This document shows, one piece after another, positions 27,821 to 43,246 of a stretch of 64,000 bases of DNA (position 1 is its first letter; each line of letters starts with the position of its first letter). The stretch is from positions 68,808 to 132,807 of the forward strand of contig JBLNCL010000006.1 in assembly GCA_050260635.1 (NCBI GenBank), written 5' to 3'. Under the pieces are notes generated by a model that worked only from the letters and a program-made list of their open reading frames with translations, had not been told where the DNA came from and searched no databases. The stretch comes from Betaproteobacteria bacterium. Lineage in GTDB: Bacteria; Bacillota; UBA5301; DYFA01. The position numbers were made by a program, and so were the translations under genes.

Positions 27821-28851
27821 CGCAACTCCACTCCCCCTTCGCCGGCCGCCACCCGGCCGATGACCCACGCCTGCTCTCCAACCTCCGCCAGGGCGGCCAC
27901 CGCCTCGCGGGCCTCTTCCGCCGGCACCGCCACCACTAGGCCGATTCCCATGTTGAAGGTGCTGAACATTTCCCGTTCCTGGATCTCGCCCAGCCGCTGG
28001 AGCCAGGCAAAAACCGCTGGGACGGGCCAGCTCCCTCGCTCAATGACGGCCGTGGCGCCCGGAGGGAGACCCCGCGGGATGTTCTCGAAAAACCCGCCGC
28101 CCGTGATGTGGGCCACCCCGCGGACATTCACCGTGCGGCGCAGGGAGAGCAGGCTTCTGGCATAGATGCGGGTTGGGACGAGCAGCTCCTCGACGAGGGG
28201 CCGCCCGAGCTCCGGAATCACGGCGTCCAGTTTGTACCGGCCAACCTCGAAGACGAGCTTCCGGACCAGGGAAAAGCCGTTGGAGTGGAGCCCCGCCGAG
28301 GCCACCCCGACCAGGGCGTCACCCGCCTGAACCCGGGATCCGTCGATTACCTCGTCCCGCTCGACCACCCCTACGGCAAACCCGGCCAAGTCGTACTCGC
28401 CCGGTTCATACAACCCAGGCATTTCCGCCGTCTCTCCCCCGACCAGGGCGCACCCCGCCTGGCGGCAGCCCTCGGCCACGCCCTCCACCAGCGAGGCGAC
28501 AAGGGCCGGGTCGAGGCTCCCGACGGCCACATAATCCAGGAAGAAGAGCGGTTCTGCCCCCAGGGCAGCGATGTCGTTGACGCACATGGCCACGCAGTCG
28601 ATCCCGACCGTGTTATGGCGCCCGGCCCGCTGGGCGACGAGCACCTTGGTCCCGACTCCGTCGGCCCCTGACACCAGCACCGGCTGGCGATACCCGTCCG
28701 GCAGGGCGACCAGCGACCCGAAGGAGCCAATCCCAGCCAAGACCTCCGGCCGGGTGGCAGAGGACGCCAGCGCCTTGATTCGCCGCACCGCCTCGTACCC
28801 TGCGGCCACGTCTACCCCCGCCTGGCGATAGGTGAAGCCCCTCTCCGTCAC
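27817..28851 (-). CDS. purM: Phosphoribosylformylglycinamidine cyclo-ligase (AIR synthetase)
   Basis: 344 aa. N-terminus YRQAGVDVAAGYEAV. Confidence 0.92.
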   Translation of the reverse strand: MTERGFTYRQAGVDVAAGYEAVRRIKALASSATRPEVLAGIGSFGSLVALPDGYRQPVLVSGADGVGTKVLVAQRAGRHNTVGIDCVAMCVNDIAALGAEPLFFLDYVAVGSLDPALVASLVEGVAEGCRQAGCALVGGETAEMPGLYEPGEYDLAGFAVGVVERDEVIDGSRVQAGDALVGVASAGLHSNGFSLVRKLVFEVGRYKLDAVIPELGRPLVEELLVPTRIYARSLLSLRRTVNVRGVAHITGGGFFENIPRGLPPGATAVIERGSWPVPAVFAWLQRLGEIQEREMFSTFNMGIGLVVAVPAEEAREAVAALAEVGEQAWVIGRVAAGEGGVELR

Positions 28852-30284
28852 CGCCCGACCGCCTTTCGTTCCAGTTCGAGAGCGCCCGTCTCCTCGAAGG
28901 CAAACTTCCCGGCCGGGCGCCCGGGGATGGGTACTGGGTAGGCGCCGTCGAAGCAGGCGAGGCAGAGCGATCCCGGCTGACGCCCGACCGCCCGGGTCAA
29001 TCCAGCGAGAGACAGGTAGTGAAGGGAATCCGCCCCGATGACCTCCCTGATTTCCGCCTCGGTTCGCCCGGCAGCAATGAGTTCCCCCTTCTCGGAGGTG
29101 TCGATCCCATAGTAGCAGGGGTGGCGGTAGGGCGGTGAGGCGATGCCCAGATGGACCTCCCGGGCCCCCCCCTCCCGGAGGAGGCGCACCGTTCGCGCCG
29201 AGGTCGTGCCCCGGACGACCGAATCGTCGATCAACACCACCCGCTTCCCCACAATCACGTCCCGCACCGGGTTGAGCTTAATCTGGACTCCCAGGTCCCG
29301 GACGGCCTGGGTCGGTTGGATGAAGGTCCGCCCGACGTAGCGGTTCTTCATCAGCCCGATGTCAAAGGGAAGCCCCTTCGCCTCGGCGAAACCCATCGCC
29401 GCCGAGGTCCCGGAGTCGGGGGCGGCAATCACCACCTCCGCCTCGACTTCCCACTCCGCCGCCAGCTGCCGTCCGATGTCCTTCCGGACCTGGTGGACGT
29501 TGCGCCCCGCCAGGACGGTGTCGGGCCGGGCGAAGTAGATGTACTCAAAGGCGCAAAGGCGTTCGCCCGCGGATGGCTGGACCTGGCGGAAGCGCGGCCC
29601 GTCCCGGTCGATCACCACCATCTCGCCCGGCGCCAGCTCCCGCACAGACTCGGCCCCCAAATTTGCCAAGGCGCAACTCTCCGAGGCCAGAACATACCCC
29701 TCCCCCAGGCGGCCCAGGGCCAGCGGGCGAAAACCGTGGGGATCGCGCAGGCCGAAGAGTTGGTCCTGTCCCATCGCCACCAAAGCGTAAGACCCGGCGA
29801 GGCGGCGGACCGCTCCGGCCAGCGCCCCCTCCAGATCCTCCCGGGCGAAACGGGCCACCAGGTTCAGGATGACCTCGGTGTCGGTGCTCGTCTGGAAGAC
29901 CGAACCCGCCTCCATCAGCTCCTGCCGAAGGACGTCGGCGTTGACCAGGTTGCCGTTGTGGGCCACCGCCACCGTCCCCTTGGAGCAGCGAGCCAAGAGG
30001 GGCTGCGCGTTGATCACCGAGCTCCGGCCGGTAGTCGAGTAACGGACGTGGCCGATCGCCAAGTAACCCGGGAGGCCCGCCAGAACCTCCTCGGAGAAGA
30101 CTTCCGCCACCAAGCCGGTCTCCTTGTACAACCGGACCGCCGTTCCGTCGGAGACCGCCAGCCCGGCGCTCTCCTGTCCCCGGTGCTGCAGGGCATACAG
30201 GCCGAGGAAGGCCAAATTGGCCACGTCCTGCCCGGGGAGATAGATGCCGAAGACCCCGCATGCCTCCCGGAGATGCTCACTCAC
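28848..30284 (-). CDS. purF: Amidophosphoribosyltransferase
   Basis: 478 aa. N-terminal propeptide then CGVFGIY (catalytic Cys). PRTase domain. C-terminal Cys cluster for Fe-S. Confidence 0.92.
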   Translation of the reverse strand: MSEHLREACGVFGIYLPGQDVANLAFLGLYALQHRGQESAGLAVSDGTAVRLYKETGLVAEVFSEEVLAGLPGYLAIGHVRYSTTGRSSVINAQPLLARCSKGTVAVAHNGNLVNADVLRQELMEAGSVFQTSTDTEVILNLVARFAREDLEGALAGAVRRLAGSYALVAMGQDQLFGLRDPHGFRPLALGRLGEGYVLASESCALANLGAESVRELAPGEMVVIDRDGPRFRQVQPSAGERLCAFEYIYFARPDTVLAGRNVHQVRKDIGRQLAAEWEVEAEVVIAAPDSGTSAAMGFAEAKGLPFDIGLMKNRYVGRTFIQPTQAVRDLGVQIKLNPVRDVIVGKRVVLIDDSVVRGTTSARTVRLLREGGAREVHLGIASPPYRHPCYYGIDTSEKGELIAAGRTEAEIREVIGADSLHYLSLAGLTRAVGRQPGSLCLACFDGAYPVPIPGRPAGKFAFEETGALELERKAVGR

Positions 30285-32523
30285 GGTCGCGTCCCTCCAG
30301 GCGACGGGGGATGGCCTCCCGCCAGATTCGTTCGAGTTCCTTCACCGGCTCATTGACCAGCGGCTGTTCCTCCCGGCCGGCCGGCATGACCCGGAGCGTC
30401 CCGCCCCCGGTGGCCCCGAGAAGCGTCCAGGGAACGCCGTGCTTGTCGGCGAGGGCCGCCACCGCGGGAGCGTCTTCCCGTTCGACGGCCAGGAGGACCC
30501 GGCCCTGCGACTCCCCGAAAAGGTAGGCATCGAGCCGAAGGGGCGTCTCGACCATGATCCCGCAGCCGATGCCTGTCCCGAAGCACATCTCCGCCAGGGC
30601 GACCAACAGCCCGCCCTCGCTCACGTCATGGGCCGCCTTCACCAGCCCCTGCCCGATGGCGCTCGCCACCATCTTAAGCAAGACCTTCTCCCGCTCGAGG
30701 TCAAGCTGAGGGGCCGGCCCAGCCACGATCCGCCGTCGGAGCCAGAGGTATTCGCTGCCACCCAGTTCCTCCCTGGTCTCGCCGAGCAGAAGGACGGCCT
30801 GGCCGGTCCCGGTGAAGGTGGAGGGACAACGCTTGGACACGTCGGGCAAAAGCCCCACCATGCCGATGATCGGCGTAGGGTGGATGGCCTCCCCGTTCGT
30901 CTCGTTATACAGGCTGGCGTTGCCCCCGGTCACGGACAAACCCAGCGCCCGGCAGGCCGAGGCGATCCCTTTGACCGCCTCCTTGATCTGCCAGTAGGTC
31001 TCCGGCCGCTCGGGGTTCCCGAAGTTCAGTCCGTCGGTCACCCCCAGCGGTCTCGCCCCGCTGACCACCAGATTCCGGGCCGCCTCGCAGACCGCTGCGG
31101 CGCCGCCCGTCCAGGGATCCAGGTAGCCGTACCGTCCGTTGCCGTCGATGGTCAAGGCGAGCCCCTTTTGCGTCCCTTTGATCTGCAGGATCGCCGCGTC
31201 GCTCCCGGGCCCGACCACCGTGTTGGTCTGGACCTGGTAGTCGTACTGGCTGTAGACCCACTCCTTGCTGGCCATGGTCGGTGAGTCGAGGAGAGCCTTG
31301 AGCATCTCCCCGTAGTCGTCCGGTTCAGGCAGGCTCGCCAGGTCGAACCGGCGCCGCTCCTCCAAGTCCTCGGGAGGCCGCGCCTCCGGCTGGTAGACCG
31401 GGGCGCCCTCGGTCGAGAGCGACCTCGCCGGAACCTCCGCCACCACCCGGCCATTCTCCAGGACCCTCAGCATCCCGTCGTCGGTCACCCGCCCTACCGT
31501 CACCGCCTGAAGACCCCACCGCTTAAAGATCTCCCGGACCGCCTCTTCTTTCCCCGCCTGCGGCACCACCAGCATCCTCTCTTGCGACTCGGAGAGCATC
31601 ATCTCGTAGCTGTTCATGCCCTCCTCCCGGCGAGGCACCAGCGCCAGGTCCAGTTCGATCCCGCTCCCCGCCCTGGCGGCCATCTCGGACGCGGAGCTGG
31701 TCAAACCCGCCGCCCCCATGTCCTGGATGCCGACGACCAGCCCGCTCCGGATCGCCTCCAGGCAGGCCTCAATCAGCAGCTTTTCCGTGAAGGGGTCGCC
31801 CACCTGGACGTTGGGGCGCTTCTCCTCGTTCTCCTCCGACAGCTCGGCCGAGGCGAAGGAGGCGCCGTGGATCCCGTCCCGGCCGGTGGTCGAGCCGACG
31901 ACCATCACCGGGTTGCCGACCCCCTTGGCCGCTGCTGTAGCGATGTGGGCTGTTTCGACCAACCCCACCGCCATCACGTTGACCAGGCAGTTCCCGCTGT
32001 AGCTGGGGTCGAAGTAGACCTCCCCGCCCACCGTGGGGACACCGACGCAGTTCCCATACCCGGCGATCCCGCTCACCACGCCGGTGAAGAGGTACCGCTG
32101 GCGGGGTTCAGACAGCTCCCCGAAGCGGAGCGAGTCGAGGACGGCGACGGGCCGGGCGCCCATGGTGAAGATGTCCCGCAGTATCCCGCCAACCCCGGTG
32201 GCCGCCCCCTGGTACGGCTCAACCGCCGAGGGGTGATTGTGGGACTCGACCTTGAAGGCCACCCCCAGCCCGTCCCCGAGGTCCAGGATGCCGGCGTTCT
32301 CCCCCGGCCCCTGCAGGACGTGCTCCCCCTCCGTAGGAAAGAGCCTGAAGAGCGGGCGGGTGTGCTTGTAGGCGCAGTGCTCCGACCAGAGCACGGCGTA
32401 CATCCCGAGTTCGGTGTAGTTGGGGTCGCGGCCGAGGATCTCCACGATCCGCTCGTACTCCTTGTCCCTCAGCCCCATCCGGCGCCAGGCCCTTTGTTCC
32501 CTGATTTCCGCCGGGCTCAGCAT
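30277..32523 (-). CDS. purL: Phosphoribosylformylglycinamidine synthase subunit PurL
   Basis: 748 aa. Collinear with PurL (small-form FGAM synthase II). Confidence 0.92.
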   Translation of the reverse strand: MLSPAEIREQRAWRRMGLRDKEYERIVEILGRDPNYTELGMYAVLWSEHCAYKHTRPLFRLFPTEGEHVLQGPGENAGILDLGDGLGVAFKVESHNHPSAVEPYQGAATGVGGILRDIFTMGARPVAVLDSLRFGELSEPRQRYLFTGVVSGIAGYGNCVGVPTVGGEVYFDPSYSGNCLVNVMAVGLVETAHIATAAAKGVGNPVMVVGSTTGRDGIHGASFASAELSEENEEKRPNVQVGDPFTEKLLIEACLEAIRSGLVVGIQDMGAAGLTSSASEMAARAGSGIELDLALVPRREEGMNSYEMMLSESQERMLVVPQAGKEEAVREIFKRWGLQAVTVGRVTDDGMLRVLENGRVVAEVPARSLSTEGAPVYQPEARPPEDLEERRRFDLASLPEPDDYGEMLKALLDSPTMASKEWVYSQYDYQVQTNTVVGPGSDAAILQIKGTQKGLALTIDGNGRYGYLDPWTGGAAAVCEAARNLVVSGARPLGVTDGLNFGNPERPETYWQIKEAVKGIASACRALGLSVTGGNASLYNETNGEAIHPTPIIGMVGLLPDVSKRCPSTFTGTGQAVLLLGETREELGGSEYLWLRRRIVAGPAPQLDLEREKVLLKMVASAIGQGLVKAAHDVSEGGLLVALAEMCFGTGIGCGIMVETPLRLDAYLFGESQGRVLLAVEREDAPAVAALADKHGVPWTLLGATGGGTLRVMPAGREEQPLVNEPVKELERIWREAIPRRLEGRDRE

Positions 32524-33215
32524 GCTTTCACCCCCTCGCCGCGCAAGATCGCTCCGAGGATGCGGCGGCCGTCTTCCCCGCCCAACAGCGCCGCCACGGC
32601 CCGTTCCGGGTGGGGCATCATCCCGACCACGTTCCCCGCCCGGTTGCAGACCCCGGCGACGTTGTTCACCGAGCCGTTCGGGTTGGCTTCAGGCGTCACC
32701 TGCCCATCAGGAGTGGCGTAGCGAAAGACCACCTGACTCCGCTGCTCCAACTCGGCCAGCTCCTCCGGGGCAGCGTAATAGTTGCCCTCCCCGTGGGCGA
32801 TGGGGAGCCGCAAGACCTCGCCAAAGGTCAAGCCCTTCGTCCAGGCCGTCGAGGCGTTCTCCACCCGCAGGTGGACTGGCTTGCAGAGGAACTTGAGGCC
32901 GGCGTTGCGCAGGAGCGCCCCCGGTAGCAGCCCCGCCTCAGTAAGAATCTGAAACCCATTGCAGATGCCCAACACCGGTCGGCCGTCTTCGGCGAACCGG
33001 GCCACCTCGGCCATGATCGGGCTGAACCGGGCGATCGCTCCGCAGCGCAGGTAGTCGCCGTAGGAGAAGCCGCCCGGCAGAATGACGGCGTCGAAGCCGG
33101 AGAGGGAGCTTGCCTCGTGCCAGACGAACTCGGCCCGGCCGCCCACCCGCTCGACCGCCCACCTGACGTCGGCGTCGCAGTTGGAGCCGGGAAAGACGAC
33201 GACCCCGACCCTCAT
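32517..33215 (-). CDS. purQ: Phosphoribosylformylglycinamidine synthase glutaminase subunit PurQ
   Basis: [14 protein letters not shown]… Start ATG at 33215 follows a GGAGGAGG SD. TGATG overlap with the purS stop. Confidence 0.9.
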   Translation of the reverse strand: MRVGVVVFPGSNCDADVRWAVERVGGRAEFVWHEASSLSGFDAVILPGGFSYGDYLRCGAIARFSPIMAEVARFAEDGRPVLGICNGFQILTEAGLLPGALLRNAGLKFLCKPVHLRVENASTAWTKGLTFGEVLRLPIAHGEGNYYAAPEELAELEQRSQVVFRYATPDGQVTPEANPNGSVNNVAGVCNRAGNVVGMMPHPERAVAALLGGEDGRRILGAILRGEGVKAC

Positions 33216-33466
33216 CAGCACGCCTCCTCCAGGCTGAACCGGTACTCCTCGATGACCGGATTGGCCAGAAGCCGCCGGCAGGCCTCTTCCACCAGCCCCC
33301 GGGCTGTCTCCCGGCTGTTTGCCTCGAAGCGGAGTTCGATCAGTTTGCCCACCCGGACCTCCTGCAGCCCGGCAAAGCCAAGGGTAGCCAGACCACCCTG
33401 GACCGCCTTCCCCTGCGGATCCAGGACCCCCGCCTTCAGTACGACCTCAACCTTCGCCTTCCACAA
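33215..33466 (-). CDS. purS: PurS (FGAM synthase small subunit)
   Basis: 83 aa ([23 protein letters not shown]…). Confidence 0.85.
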   Translation of the reverse strand: MWKAKVEVVLKAGVLDPQGKAVQGGLATLGFAGLQEVRVGKLIELRFEANSRETARGLVEEACRRLLANPVIEEYRFSLEEAC

Positions 33467-33535
33467 GACTGCTCATCCTCCCCGCCGTCGCTTTCCAGGC
33501 CAGCCGCCCTTGGCCACCGGCCGCTCGCTCCGCCC

Positions 33536-34243
33536 TCACCCGGCGATCCGCCGCCAAACCTCCTGGTATGCCTCCGCAACCCCGCCCATGTCCCGCCGGA
33601 ACCGGTCCTTGTCGAGCTTCTCGCCGGTCTCGGTGTCCCAGAAGCGGCAGGTATCGGGACTGATCTCGTCGCCGAGCAGGATCTGCCCATCCCGGGTCCG
33701 CCCGAACTCCAGCTTGAAGTCGATCAGCTCCAGCCGCCGGGGCTTCAGGTAGGCCGCCAGGAGGTCGTTCACCTTAAGGCTGGTCTCGGCCAGTTGCGCT
33801 ACCTCCGCCGGCGTCGCCAGGTCGAGCGCCTGGATGTGGTACTCGTTCACCAGCGGATCGCCCAGGTCGTCCCGCTTGTAGTAGAACTCCACCACCGTCC
33901 GGGCCAAGCGCGTTCCTTCCGCCAGGCCGAGCCTCTTCGCTAGACTGCCGGCCGCCACGTTCCGCACTACGACCTCCAGCGGAACGATCGCCAGTCGCCG
34001 GGCCACCATGTCCCGCTCGCCTGGCAAAGCAACGAAGTGGTTAGGGACGCCCTGCTCTGCCAGGTAGCGGAAGAGGGCCGCTGAGATGCGGGCATTCAGA
34101 ATCCCCTTGTCGCTGATGAACCCCTTCTTCTGGCCGTTGAAAGCCGTGGCGTCGTCCTTGAAGTGGATGAGCAGAAGGTTCTGGTCGTCCGTCGCGTAGA
34201 CGATCTTGGCCTTCCCCTCGTACAGGCGCTCACCCTTGGTCAC
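33536..34243 (-). CDS. purC: Phosphoribosylaminoimidazole-succinocarboxamide synthase
   Basis: …[14 protein letters not shown]…. GTG start at 34243 after a GGGGAGGAG SD. The listed ORF start at 34306 overlaps purB. Confidence 0.88.
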   Translation of the reverse strand: MTKGERLYEGKAKIVYATDDQNLLLIHFKDDATAFNGQKKGFISDKGILNARISAALFRYLAEQGVPNHFVALPGERDMVARRLAIVPLEVVVRNVAAGSLAKRLGLAEGTRLARTVVEFYYKRDDLGDPLVNEYHIQALDLATPAEVAQLAETSLKVNDLLAAYLKPRRLELIDFKLEFGRTRDGQILLGDEISPDTCRFWDTETGEKLDKDRFRRDMGGVAEAYQEVWRRIAG

Positions 34244-34263
34244 CAAAGCGCTCTCCTCCCCGC

Positions 34264-35667
34264 TTACTTTTCGTCCAACCCCAGGGCTTTCCGCCAGGAG
34301 GCGCACAGCTCCCGAGTCCGCTGTTCCGCTAGGCCGGTATATCCCTCCGGTTGCGCCAACACCGCTCGCTGGGCGGGAGTGATGCGGGCAACGTACGGGG
34401 CCAACTCAGCGTTCCCCTCCAGCAGCTGCAGCAGCGGCTGGCCGGTCTTCTCCGCCTCCAGGGTCAGCCGGCGAACCGCCTCGTGGGCGTTGGGGTGGCC
34501 GGCCGCCGCCAGGCAGAGATAAAGCGGCTCCGCCACGAAGCTCTCCCGGGCCTGGGCGAAGTTCCGCGCCATCTGTTCCCGGTGGACCCCCAGCCGCTCG
34601 ATGATCCCCGCCAGCCGGTCAGCTCCCAGAACCAATCCGGCCACCACCTCCACGACGAAGCGGGCGGAGGCGGAGTTGGTCAGGTCGCGCTGATGTTCGG
34701 AGATCTGGTCCAGATAGACCGTCACCATGCGGGGCATGAACTCCTTGTAAAGGCTCTTGACATGCTCGAAGTTCCAGGGATTCCGCTTATGGGGCATGGT
34801 GGACGAGCCGACCTGCTCCGGACTGAAATACTCGCCGATCTCCGCAATCTCGGAGCGCTGCAGGTGGCGGAAGTCGTCGGCCAGGTTGGCCAGGACGCCG
34901 AAGGTGGAGATGAGGGCGTGGAGGTAGTCGGCGGCGAACTCCGGTTCGACGATCTGGGTGGCTGCCCCCGCCGGTTTGAGCCCCAACCGGCCGAGGACCC
35001 CCTCCTCGAAGCGGCGGGCATCCGGCAAGAACAGGCTGGCGGCATTGTAGGCGCCGACTGCCCCGGCGAGCTTCCCCCGGAGGTTCTGGGCGGCAGCCTC
35101 GATCGCCTGGATTCGCCGGCCCAGTCGGTCCACGTAGAGGGCGCAGGCGTAGCCGAAGGTCACCGGGACTGCATGCTGTCCGTGCGTCCGCCCGATCTGA
35201 AGCGTCCCCGCCTCCCGCTCAGCCAGCCGGAGCAGGGCCAGCTCCAAGCGGAGCAAGGTGGGCCGGACCACCTCTTGGGTAGCAGCCCGCAGCCGCAGGG
35301 AGTTGGCTGTGTCCATGATGTCCGCCGAGGTGGCGGTGAAGTGGACCCAGGGACGGGCCGCCTCGCTGACGTGGCGCTGGAGGCAATTGACCAAAGCCCG
35401 GATGTTGTGACGGGTCCGCTTCTCCTCGGCGGCGACCTCCTCGGCGGTGATCCCGGGGATTGCCTGTCGGATCTCTTCTGCCACCTCAGTGGGACAGAGC
35501 CCCTCCGCCGCCAGCCCTTCCACCAGGGCCGCTTCCACCTCCAACTGATACCGAAGGTAGGCGGCCTCGGAGAGATGGGCCGCGAGCCTGTCCCACAGCG
35601 CAGGGTTAGCGGCCCGGTACCGCCCGTCGAGTGGGCTAAGGTTGTTCCAGAAGCTGTCCTGCACCAT
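34264..35667 (-). CDS. purB: Adenylosuccinate lyase
   Basis: [17 protein letters not shown]… ATG at 35667, preceded by a GAGGGGGTG SD. The listed start 35688 is a GTG inside the terminator U-tract. Confidence 0.9.
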   Translation of the reverse strand: MVQDSFWNNLSPLDGRYRAANPALWDRLAAHLSEAAYLRYQLEVEAALVEGLAAEGLCPTEVAEEIRQAIPGITAEEVAAEEKRTRHNIRALVNCLQRHVSEAARPWVHFTATSADIMDTANSLRLRAATQEVVRPTLLRLELALLRLAEREAGTLQIGRTHGQHAVPVTFGYACALYVDRLGRRIQAIEAAAQNLRGKLAGAVGAYNAASLFLPDARRFEEGVLGRLGLKPAGAATQIVEPEFAADYLHALISTFGVLANLADDFRHLQRSEIAEIGEYFSPEQVGSSTMPHKRNPWNFEHVKSLYKEFMPRMVTVYLDQISEHQRDLTNSASARFVVEVVAGLVLGADRLAGIIERLGVHREQMARNFAQARESFVAEPLYLCLAAAGHPNAHEAVRRLTLEAEKTGQPLLQLLEGNAELAPYVARITPAQRAVLAQPEGYTGLAEQRTRELCASWRKALGLDEK

Positions 35668-35680
35668 CGCACCCCCTCGA

Positions 35681-35724
35681 AAAAGCACACGGCGAGTAGG
35701 TTTCGCCTGTGAAACCTACCCGCC
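35681..35724 (-). terminator. Attenuator-like intrinsic terminator in the purE-purB leader
   Basis: Minus-strand RNA GGCGGGUAGGUUUC-ACAGGC-GAAACCUACUCGCC, a 14-bp stem with one G-U pair. It is followed by GUGUGCUUUUU, which abuts the purB SD. Confidence 0.5.
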
Positions 35725-35891
35725 GGGGCTTTTATCCCTCTAGGGTGTAGTCCAAAGCCGGCCTTCGCGCCCGCCTCGGACCTGCATCACTCGGTCCAGA
35801 CCCCCTCTCGGGCGGAACCCTAGATGCACTTCCAACTGGGGCTATGCGGTTGTCTGTACGTCACCATGTTACCAGACCCGCCAACTGATTG

Positions 35892-36455
35892 TCAACGCGG
35901 CCGGTGCGCGCCGGCCGCCCCGCTTCCTCCTCCACCCCCCGGGACGTACGCCGGAAGCCCCTCGGCAGCAACCTTCTCCGCCTTGGCACGGACGCCGGCC
36001 GCCTGGGCATGGCGGAAGTCACGCAGCGCCTCCCGGAGGCGCTGATCGGAGAGGCTCAGGATCGACACCGCCAAGAGCGCCGCATTGCGCGCCCCGTTGA
36101 TCCCGACGCACGCCACCGGTACCCCTGGCGGCATCTGGACGATGGAGTACAGGGCGTCCACCCCGCCCAGCCCCTTGCCGGCCTCAAGGGGCACACCGAT
36201 CACCGGCAGGGCGGTATGGGCTGCCAGGACGCCCGGCAGGTGAGCCGCCCCGCCGGCTCCGGCGATGATTACCCCGAGGCCCCGGGAGGCCGCCGTCTTG
36301 GCGTACTCGGCCGCATCCTCCGGCGTCCGGTGCGCTGAGAGGACCGCCACCTCAAACCCCACCTTGAACTGCTCCAACGTCTTGGCCGCCTCGCGCATCA
36401 CCGGCAGGTCGGAGTCGGACCCCATCACAATCCCAACCCGATGCTGATCGGACAT
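35892..36455 (-). CDS. purE: N5-carboxyaminoimidazole ribonucleotide mutase
   Basis: …[14 protein letters not shown]…AHRTP… Start ATG at 36455 after a GGAGGAA SD. The listed 36491 overlaps pyrE. Confidence 0.88.
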   Translation of the reverse strand: MSDQHRVGIVMGSDSDLPVMREAAKTLEQFKVGFEVAVLSAHRTPEDAAEYAKTAASRGLGVIIAGAGGAAHLPGVLAAHTALPVIGVPLEAGKGLGGVDALYSIVQMPPGVPVACVGINGARNAALLAVSILSLSDQRLREALRDFRHAQAAGVRAKAEKVAAEGLPAYVPGGGGGSGAAGAHRPR

Positions 36456-36474
36456 CCGCCGTTCCTCCATATCC

Positions 36475-37086
36475 TTATCGCCCATGGCCAAGGCCCCGGC
36501 TGCCCCGTTGCGTCAACGGTACCCCTTTGGCGCAGAGAGGGCACTCCTCCGGCACCCAGCTGACCGCCTCCACCCGCCACAAGGGGGCGAACGGCACGCC
36601 GAACGAAGCTCTGCCCCCGCTCCGGTCGACCAGAGCGGCCACGCCGGCCACCGCCACTCCGCTGGCCTGCAGCAAGGCCAAGACTTCCTTCACCGAGCCC
36701 CCGGTGGTTACCACGTCCTCCACCACCAGCACCCGCTCCCCCGACTTCAGGGCGAACCCCCGTCGCCAGGTCATTTTCCCCTCCACCCGCTCCGGAAAGA
36801 GAAACCGGACGCCAAGGTGGCGCGCCACGTCGTAGGCCAGAATCGCCCCGCCGGTCAAAGGGCCCACGACGGTCTCGATCCCGGCGCCGGCGAACCTCCC
36901 GGCCATGGCCGCGCAGAGGCGGGTGAGGTACTCCGGGTGCTGCAATACCGCAAACTTCTCCAGGTAGACGTCGGAGTGGCGGCCGGAGCTGAGCTTGAAG
37001 TGGCCGGTGAGATACGCCCCGGTCTCCCGGAACCAGCCCTCGATCGTCTCCGGCGGCAGTTCCGCCTCAAGCCCTGCCCGCTCCAT
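36475..37086 (-). CDS. pyrE: Orotate phosphoribosyltransferase
   Basis: PRTase motif [16 protein letters not shown] at 37086. The listed TTG at 37107 overlaps pyrD. Confidence 0.88.
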   Translation of the reverse strand: MERAGLEAELPPETIEGWFRETGAYLTGHFKLSSGRHSDVYLEKFAVLQHPEYLTRLCAAMAGRFAGAGIETVVGPLTGGAILAYDVARHLGVRFLFPERVEGKMTWRRGFALKSGERVLVVEDVVTTGGSVKEVLALLQASGVAVAGVAALVDRSGGRASFGVPFAPLWRVEAVSWVPEECPLCAKGVPLTQRGSRGLGHGR

Positions 37087-37094
37087 GCTCTTGC

Positions 37095-38072
37095 TCACCC
37101 CCTGCAAGCCTCGCCCAGGCCTCCCCGCCCGGGCAGCGCCACCCCGGTTAACTTGCCCACCGACCTGATTCCCCGGTCACGGCAAAACTCCTCCAGCCCC
37201 TCGCTCACCCGCAGCGGGGCCTTAGGATCGCCAAAGAGCGCCGTCCCCACCGCCACGAGGGAAGCGCCGGCCATCAGGAACTCCAGGGCATCAGCGGCGG
37301 TGGCGATGCCCCCCATCCCCAGGATCGGCACCTTCACCGCCTGCGCGACCTGGTAAACCATCCGCACCGCCACCGGCCGGATCGCTGGTCCCGAAAGCCC
37401 CCCCGTGACATTCCCCAGCACCGGCCGCCCGGTCTGCACGTCGATCGCCAGCCCGAGCAGCGTGTTGATCAGGGAAAGCCCGTTAGCGCCGCCGGCTTCC
37501 GCCGCCCTGGCCACCTCGACCACGTCGCTGAGGTTCGGCGAGAGCTTCACGAAGAGCGGCAGGCGGGTCCGCTCCCGCACCCGCCGGGTGAGCCGCTCCA
37601 CCACTGTCGGGTCGGTTCCGAAGGCCATCCCGCCTTTCCGGACGTTGGGGCAGGAGAGGTTGACCTCCAGCGCCGCCACCCCCGGCTGCCCGCTGAACCG
37701 CTCTGCCAGTTCCTCGTACTCGGCCTCCGACTCCCCGGCGATGTTCACCAGGATCGGGATGCCCAAGGGCACCAGAGCCGGCAAGTGGCGGGCGAGCACC
37801 GCCTCCACGCCCGGGTTCTCCAGCCCCACGGCGTTGAGAAGCCCGGCCGGTGTCTCGCAGAGGCGCGGCGCGGGGTTGCCGGCCCGCGGCTTGAGGGTCG
37901 TCCCTTTGACGATGATCCCGCCGAGCCGGCGGGGATCGAAAACTCCGGCGTACTCCAGCCCGTACCCGAAGGTCCCCGAGGCGACCAAAACCGGGTTAGG
38001 GAACCGAATCCCCGCCACCGTCACCCCGAGCTCCACGCCCTTGCTCGTCTCCTCCCCCCGTCGTCCGCTCAC
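37095..38072 (-). CDS. pyrD: Dihydroorotate dehydrogenase (class 1B) catalytic subunit
   Basis: 325 aa (…GIRFPNPVLVASGTFGYG…). FMN-binding TIM barrel. Confidence 0.9.
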   Translation of the reverse strand: MSGRRGEETSKGVELGVTVAGIRFPNPVLVASGTFGYGLEYAGVFDPRRLGGIIVKGTTLKPRAGNPAPRLCETPAGLLNAVGLENPGVEAVLARHLPALVPLGIPILVNIAGESEAEYEELAERFSGQPGVAALEVNLSCPNVRKGGMAFGTDPTVVERLTRRVRERTRLPLFVKLSPNLSDVVEVARAAEAGGANGLSLINTLLGLAIDVQTGRPVLGNVTGGLSGPAIRPVAVRMVYQVAQAVKVPILGMGGIATAADALEFLMAGASLVAVGTALFGDPKAPLRVSEGLEEFCRDRGIRSVGKLTGVALPGRGGLGEACRG

Positions 38073-38850
38073 GCCTTCACCACCTCGAAGCAGGGGCCGT
38101 CGCGGCAGACCCGCAGGGGGCCGCCCCTCCCCCCCTCCCCCGGCGCTCCGGAAGACAGGCCGATCGGGCGCAGGGCCAGGTCGGGGGCGAGGCGCCCGTC
38201 CGGCCAGGCGCAGCCGGCGCAGGCTCCGACGCCGCAGGCCATCCGCTCCTCCACGCTGACCTGGCAGCGGAGACCGAAACCGAGGACCTGCCGGGCAACA
38301 GCCACCAGCATTCCCCGTGGTCCGCAGGCATAGACCGCTGCCGGTGGCGGGCCGCCCGCGGCCAGTCGCTGCTCGACCGGCGCCGTCACCAGCCCCGGGA
38401 GCCCGGCCGAACCGTCCTCGGTGGCTACCGCCACCTCCACCCCCAGCCGTCGCAGCTCCTCAAGCCCCGGGAGGTCCGCTGCGGTGCGCCCGCCCAGGGC
38501 GGCCCAAACGCCGCTTCCAGCTTCCCTCAGCCAGCCGGCCAGAAAGAGGAGGGGAGCCGTCCCGATCCCTCCCCCGACCAGCCACACCGCGCTGCCCGCC
38601 GGAGGCAGGGCGAACCCCCGCCCTTGCGGCCCGTGGAGCCCTACCTGCGCCCCCGGCGCCAGTGCGGCCAGCCACTCGCTGGCCGGTCCACTCACCCGGA
38701 CGAGCAGCCGGATGAGCCCCCGCTCCCGGTCAACCCCGCTCACGCTGAACGGGCGCCGGGTGATCCGGTGCGGTCCGCCCTCCACCATCACGAACTGGCC
38801 CGGAACCGCCGTCCGGGCCACCTCGGCGGCCGGCAGCCAAAGCTCCCGGA

Positions 38851-38854
<4 letters not shown>
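38069..38854 (-). CDS. pyrK: Dihydroorotate dehydrogenase electron-transfer subunit
   Basis: 261 aa. FAD/NAD domains. C-terminal 2Fe-2S Cys cluster ([12 protein letters not shown]). Confidence 0.88.
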
Positions 38855-42116
<3,262 letters not shown>

Positions 42117-42120
<4 letters not shown>

Positions 42121-43199
42121 CTTTCCATAAACGCCAGGAATCGTTCGAACAAATGCTCCGAATCGTGGGGACCAGGACTCGCCTCGGGGTGGTACTGGAC
42201 TGAGAAGACCGGCAGCGTCCGGTGGACCAGCCCTTCCACCGTTCCGTCGTTGAGATTCCGGTGGCTCACCTCGACCTCGGCCGGAAGGCTCTCAGGGTTC
42301 ACGGCATAGCCGTGGTTCTGGGCGGTAATGTAGACCCTCCCCGTCGCCAGGTCCTTGACCGGGTGGTTGCCCCCCCGGTGGCCGAACTTCAGCTTGTAGG
42401 TGTCGCCGCCCAGGCCCAAGGCGAGCAGTTGGTGGCCGAGGCAGATGCCAAAGAGGGGCACCCGCCCCACCAGTTCCCGCACCGTCTGCACAGCGTACGG
42501 CACCGCCTTGGGGTCGCCCGGCCCGTTACTCAACACCACCCCGGCCGGCTCCGCCGCCAGGATCTCCGCCGCCTTGGTCCCCGCCGGAAAGACAGTCACC
42601 GCGCACCCTGCCGCCACGAGAGACTCCACGATGTTTCCCTTCGCCCCGAAGTCCAGAAGAGCGACCCGCCTCTCTCCGGCTCCCGCCGTAAAGGGCGCCT
42701 TAACCGTAACCTCTCGCACCAGGTCCAGCTCGCCCAGGTCTGGGACGCTGCGGGCCGCCTCGACTAGCTCCATCGGGTCGGCGTCGCCCGGGGCGATGAT
42801 CCCCCGCATCGCTCCCCGCTCCCGCAGCCGCCGGGTGATGGCCCGCGTGTCTACCCCGGAAAGCGCCACGACGTTATGCAACTCCAGGTACTCACCGAGG
42901 GTCTGCTCGGCTCGCCAGTAGTTGGGGTGGGCGCACAGTTCCCGGACAACCAGCCCCCGGGCGTGCACCCCGAGCGACTCCTGATCCTCGGAGTTGGCTC
43001 CGTAGTTGCCGATCAGCGGGTAGGTCATGGTCACGATCTGCCCGGCGTAAGAAGGATCGCTCAGAATCTCCTGATAGCCGGTCATGGAGGTGTTGAAGAC
43101 CACCTCGCCCGCCACCGGCCCCTCGCCATGCAGCTCTCCACTGAAGACCGATCCATCTTCCAGGGCCAGAAGCCCCCGCCGCGCCGAGAACAGCTTCAC
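42117..43199 (-). CDS. carA: Carbamoyl-phosphate synthase small (glutaminase) subunit
   Basis: 360 aa. GATase triad region (ICLGHQLL). Confidence 0.93.
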
Positions 43200-43246
43200 C
43201 GTTCCACCGCCTCTTCGTCGTCTGACGCAGGAACCCTCCTGACATC

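Noticed and set aside
35668-35891. Purine (G-box) or ZTP (pfl) riboswitch in the purE-purB leader
   Set aside because: I could not find the conserved J1/2 UAUA, GUUUCUACC or CCGUAAAU elements, nor the pfl CUGGCG…ACCGGG…CCGCCUGGGC elements, by eye. The region is kept only as an uncharacterised attenuator, and needs an Infernal scan.
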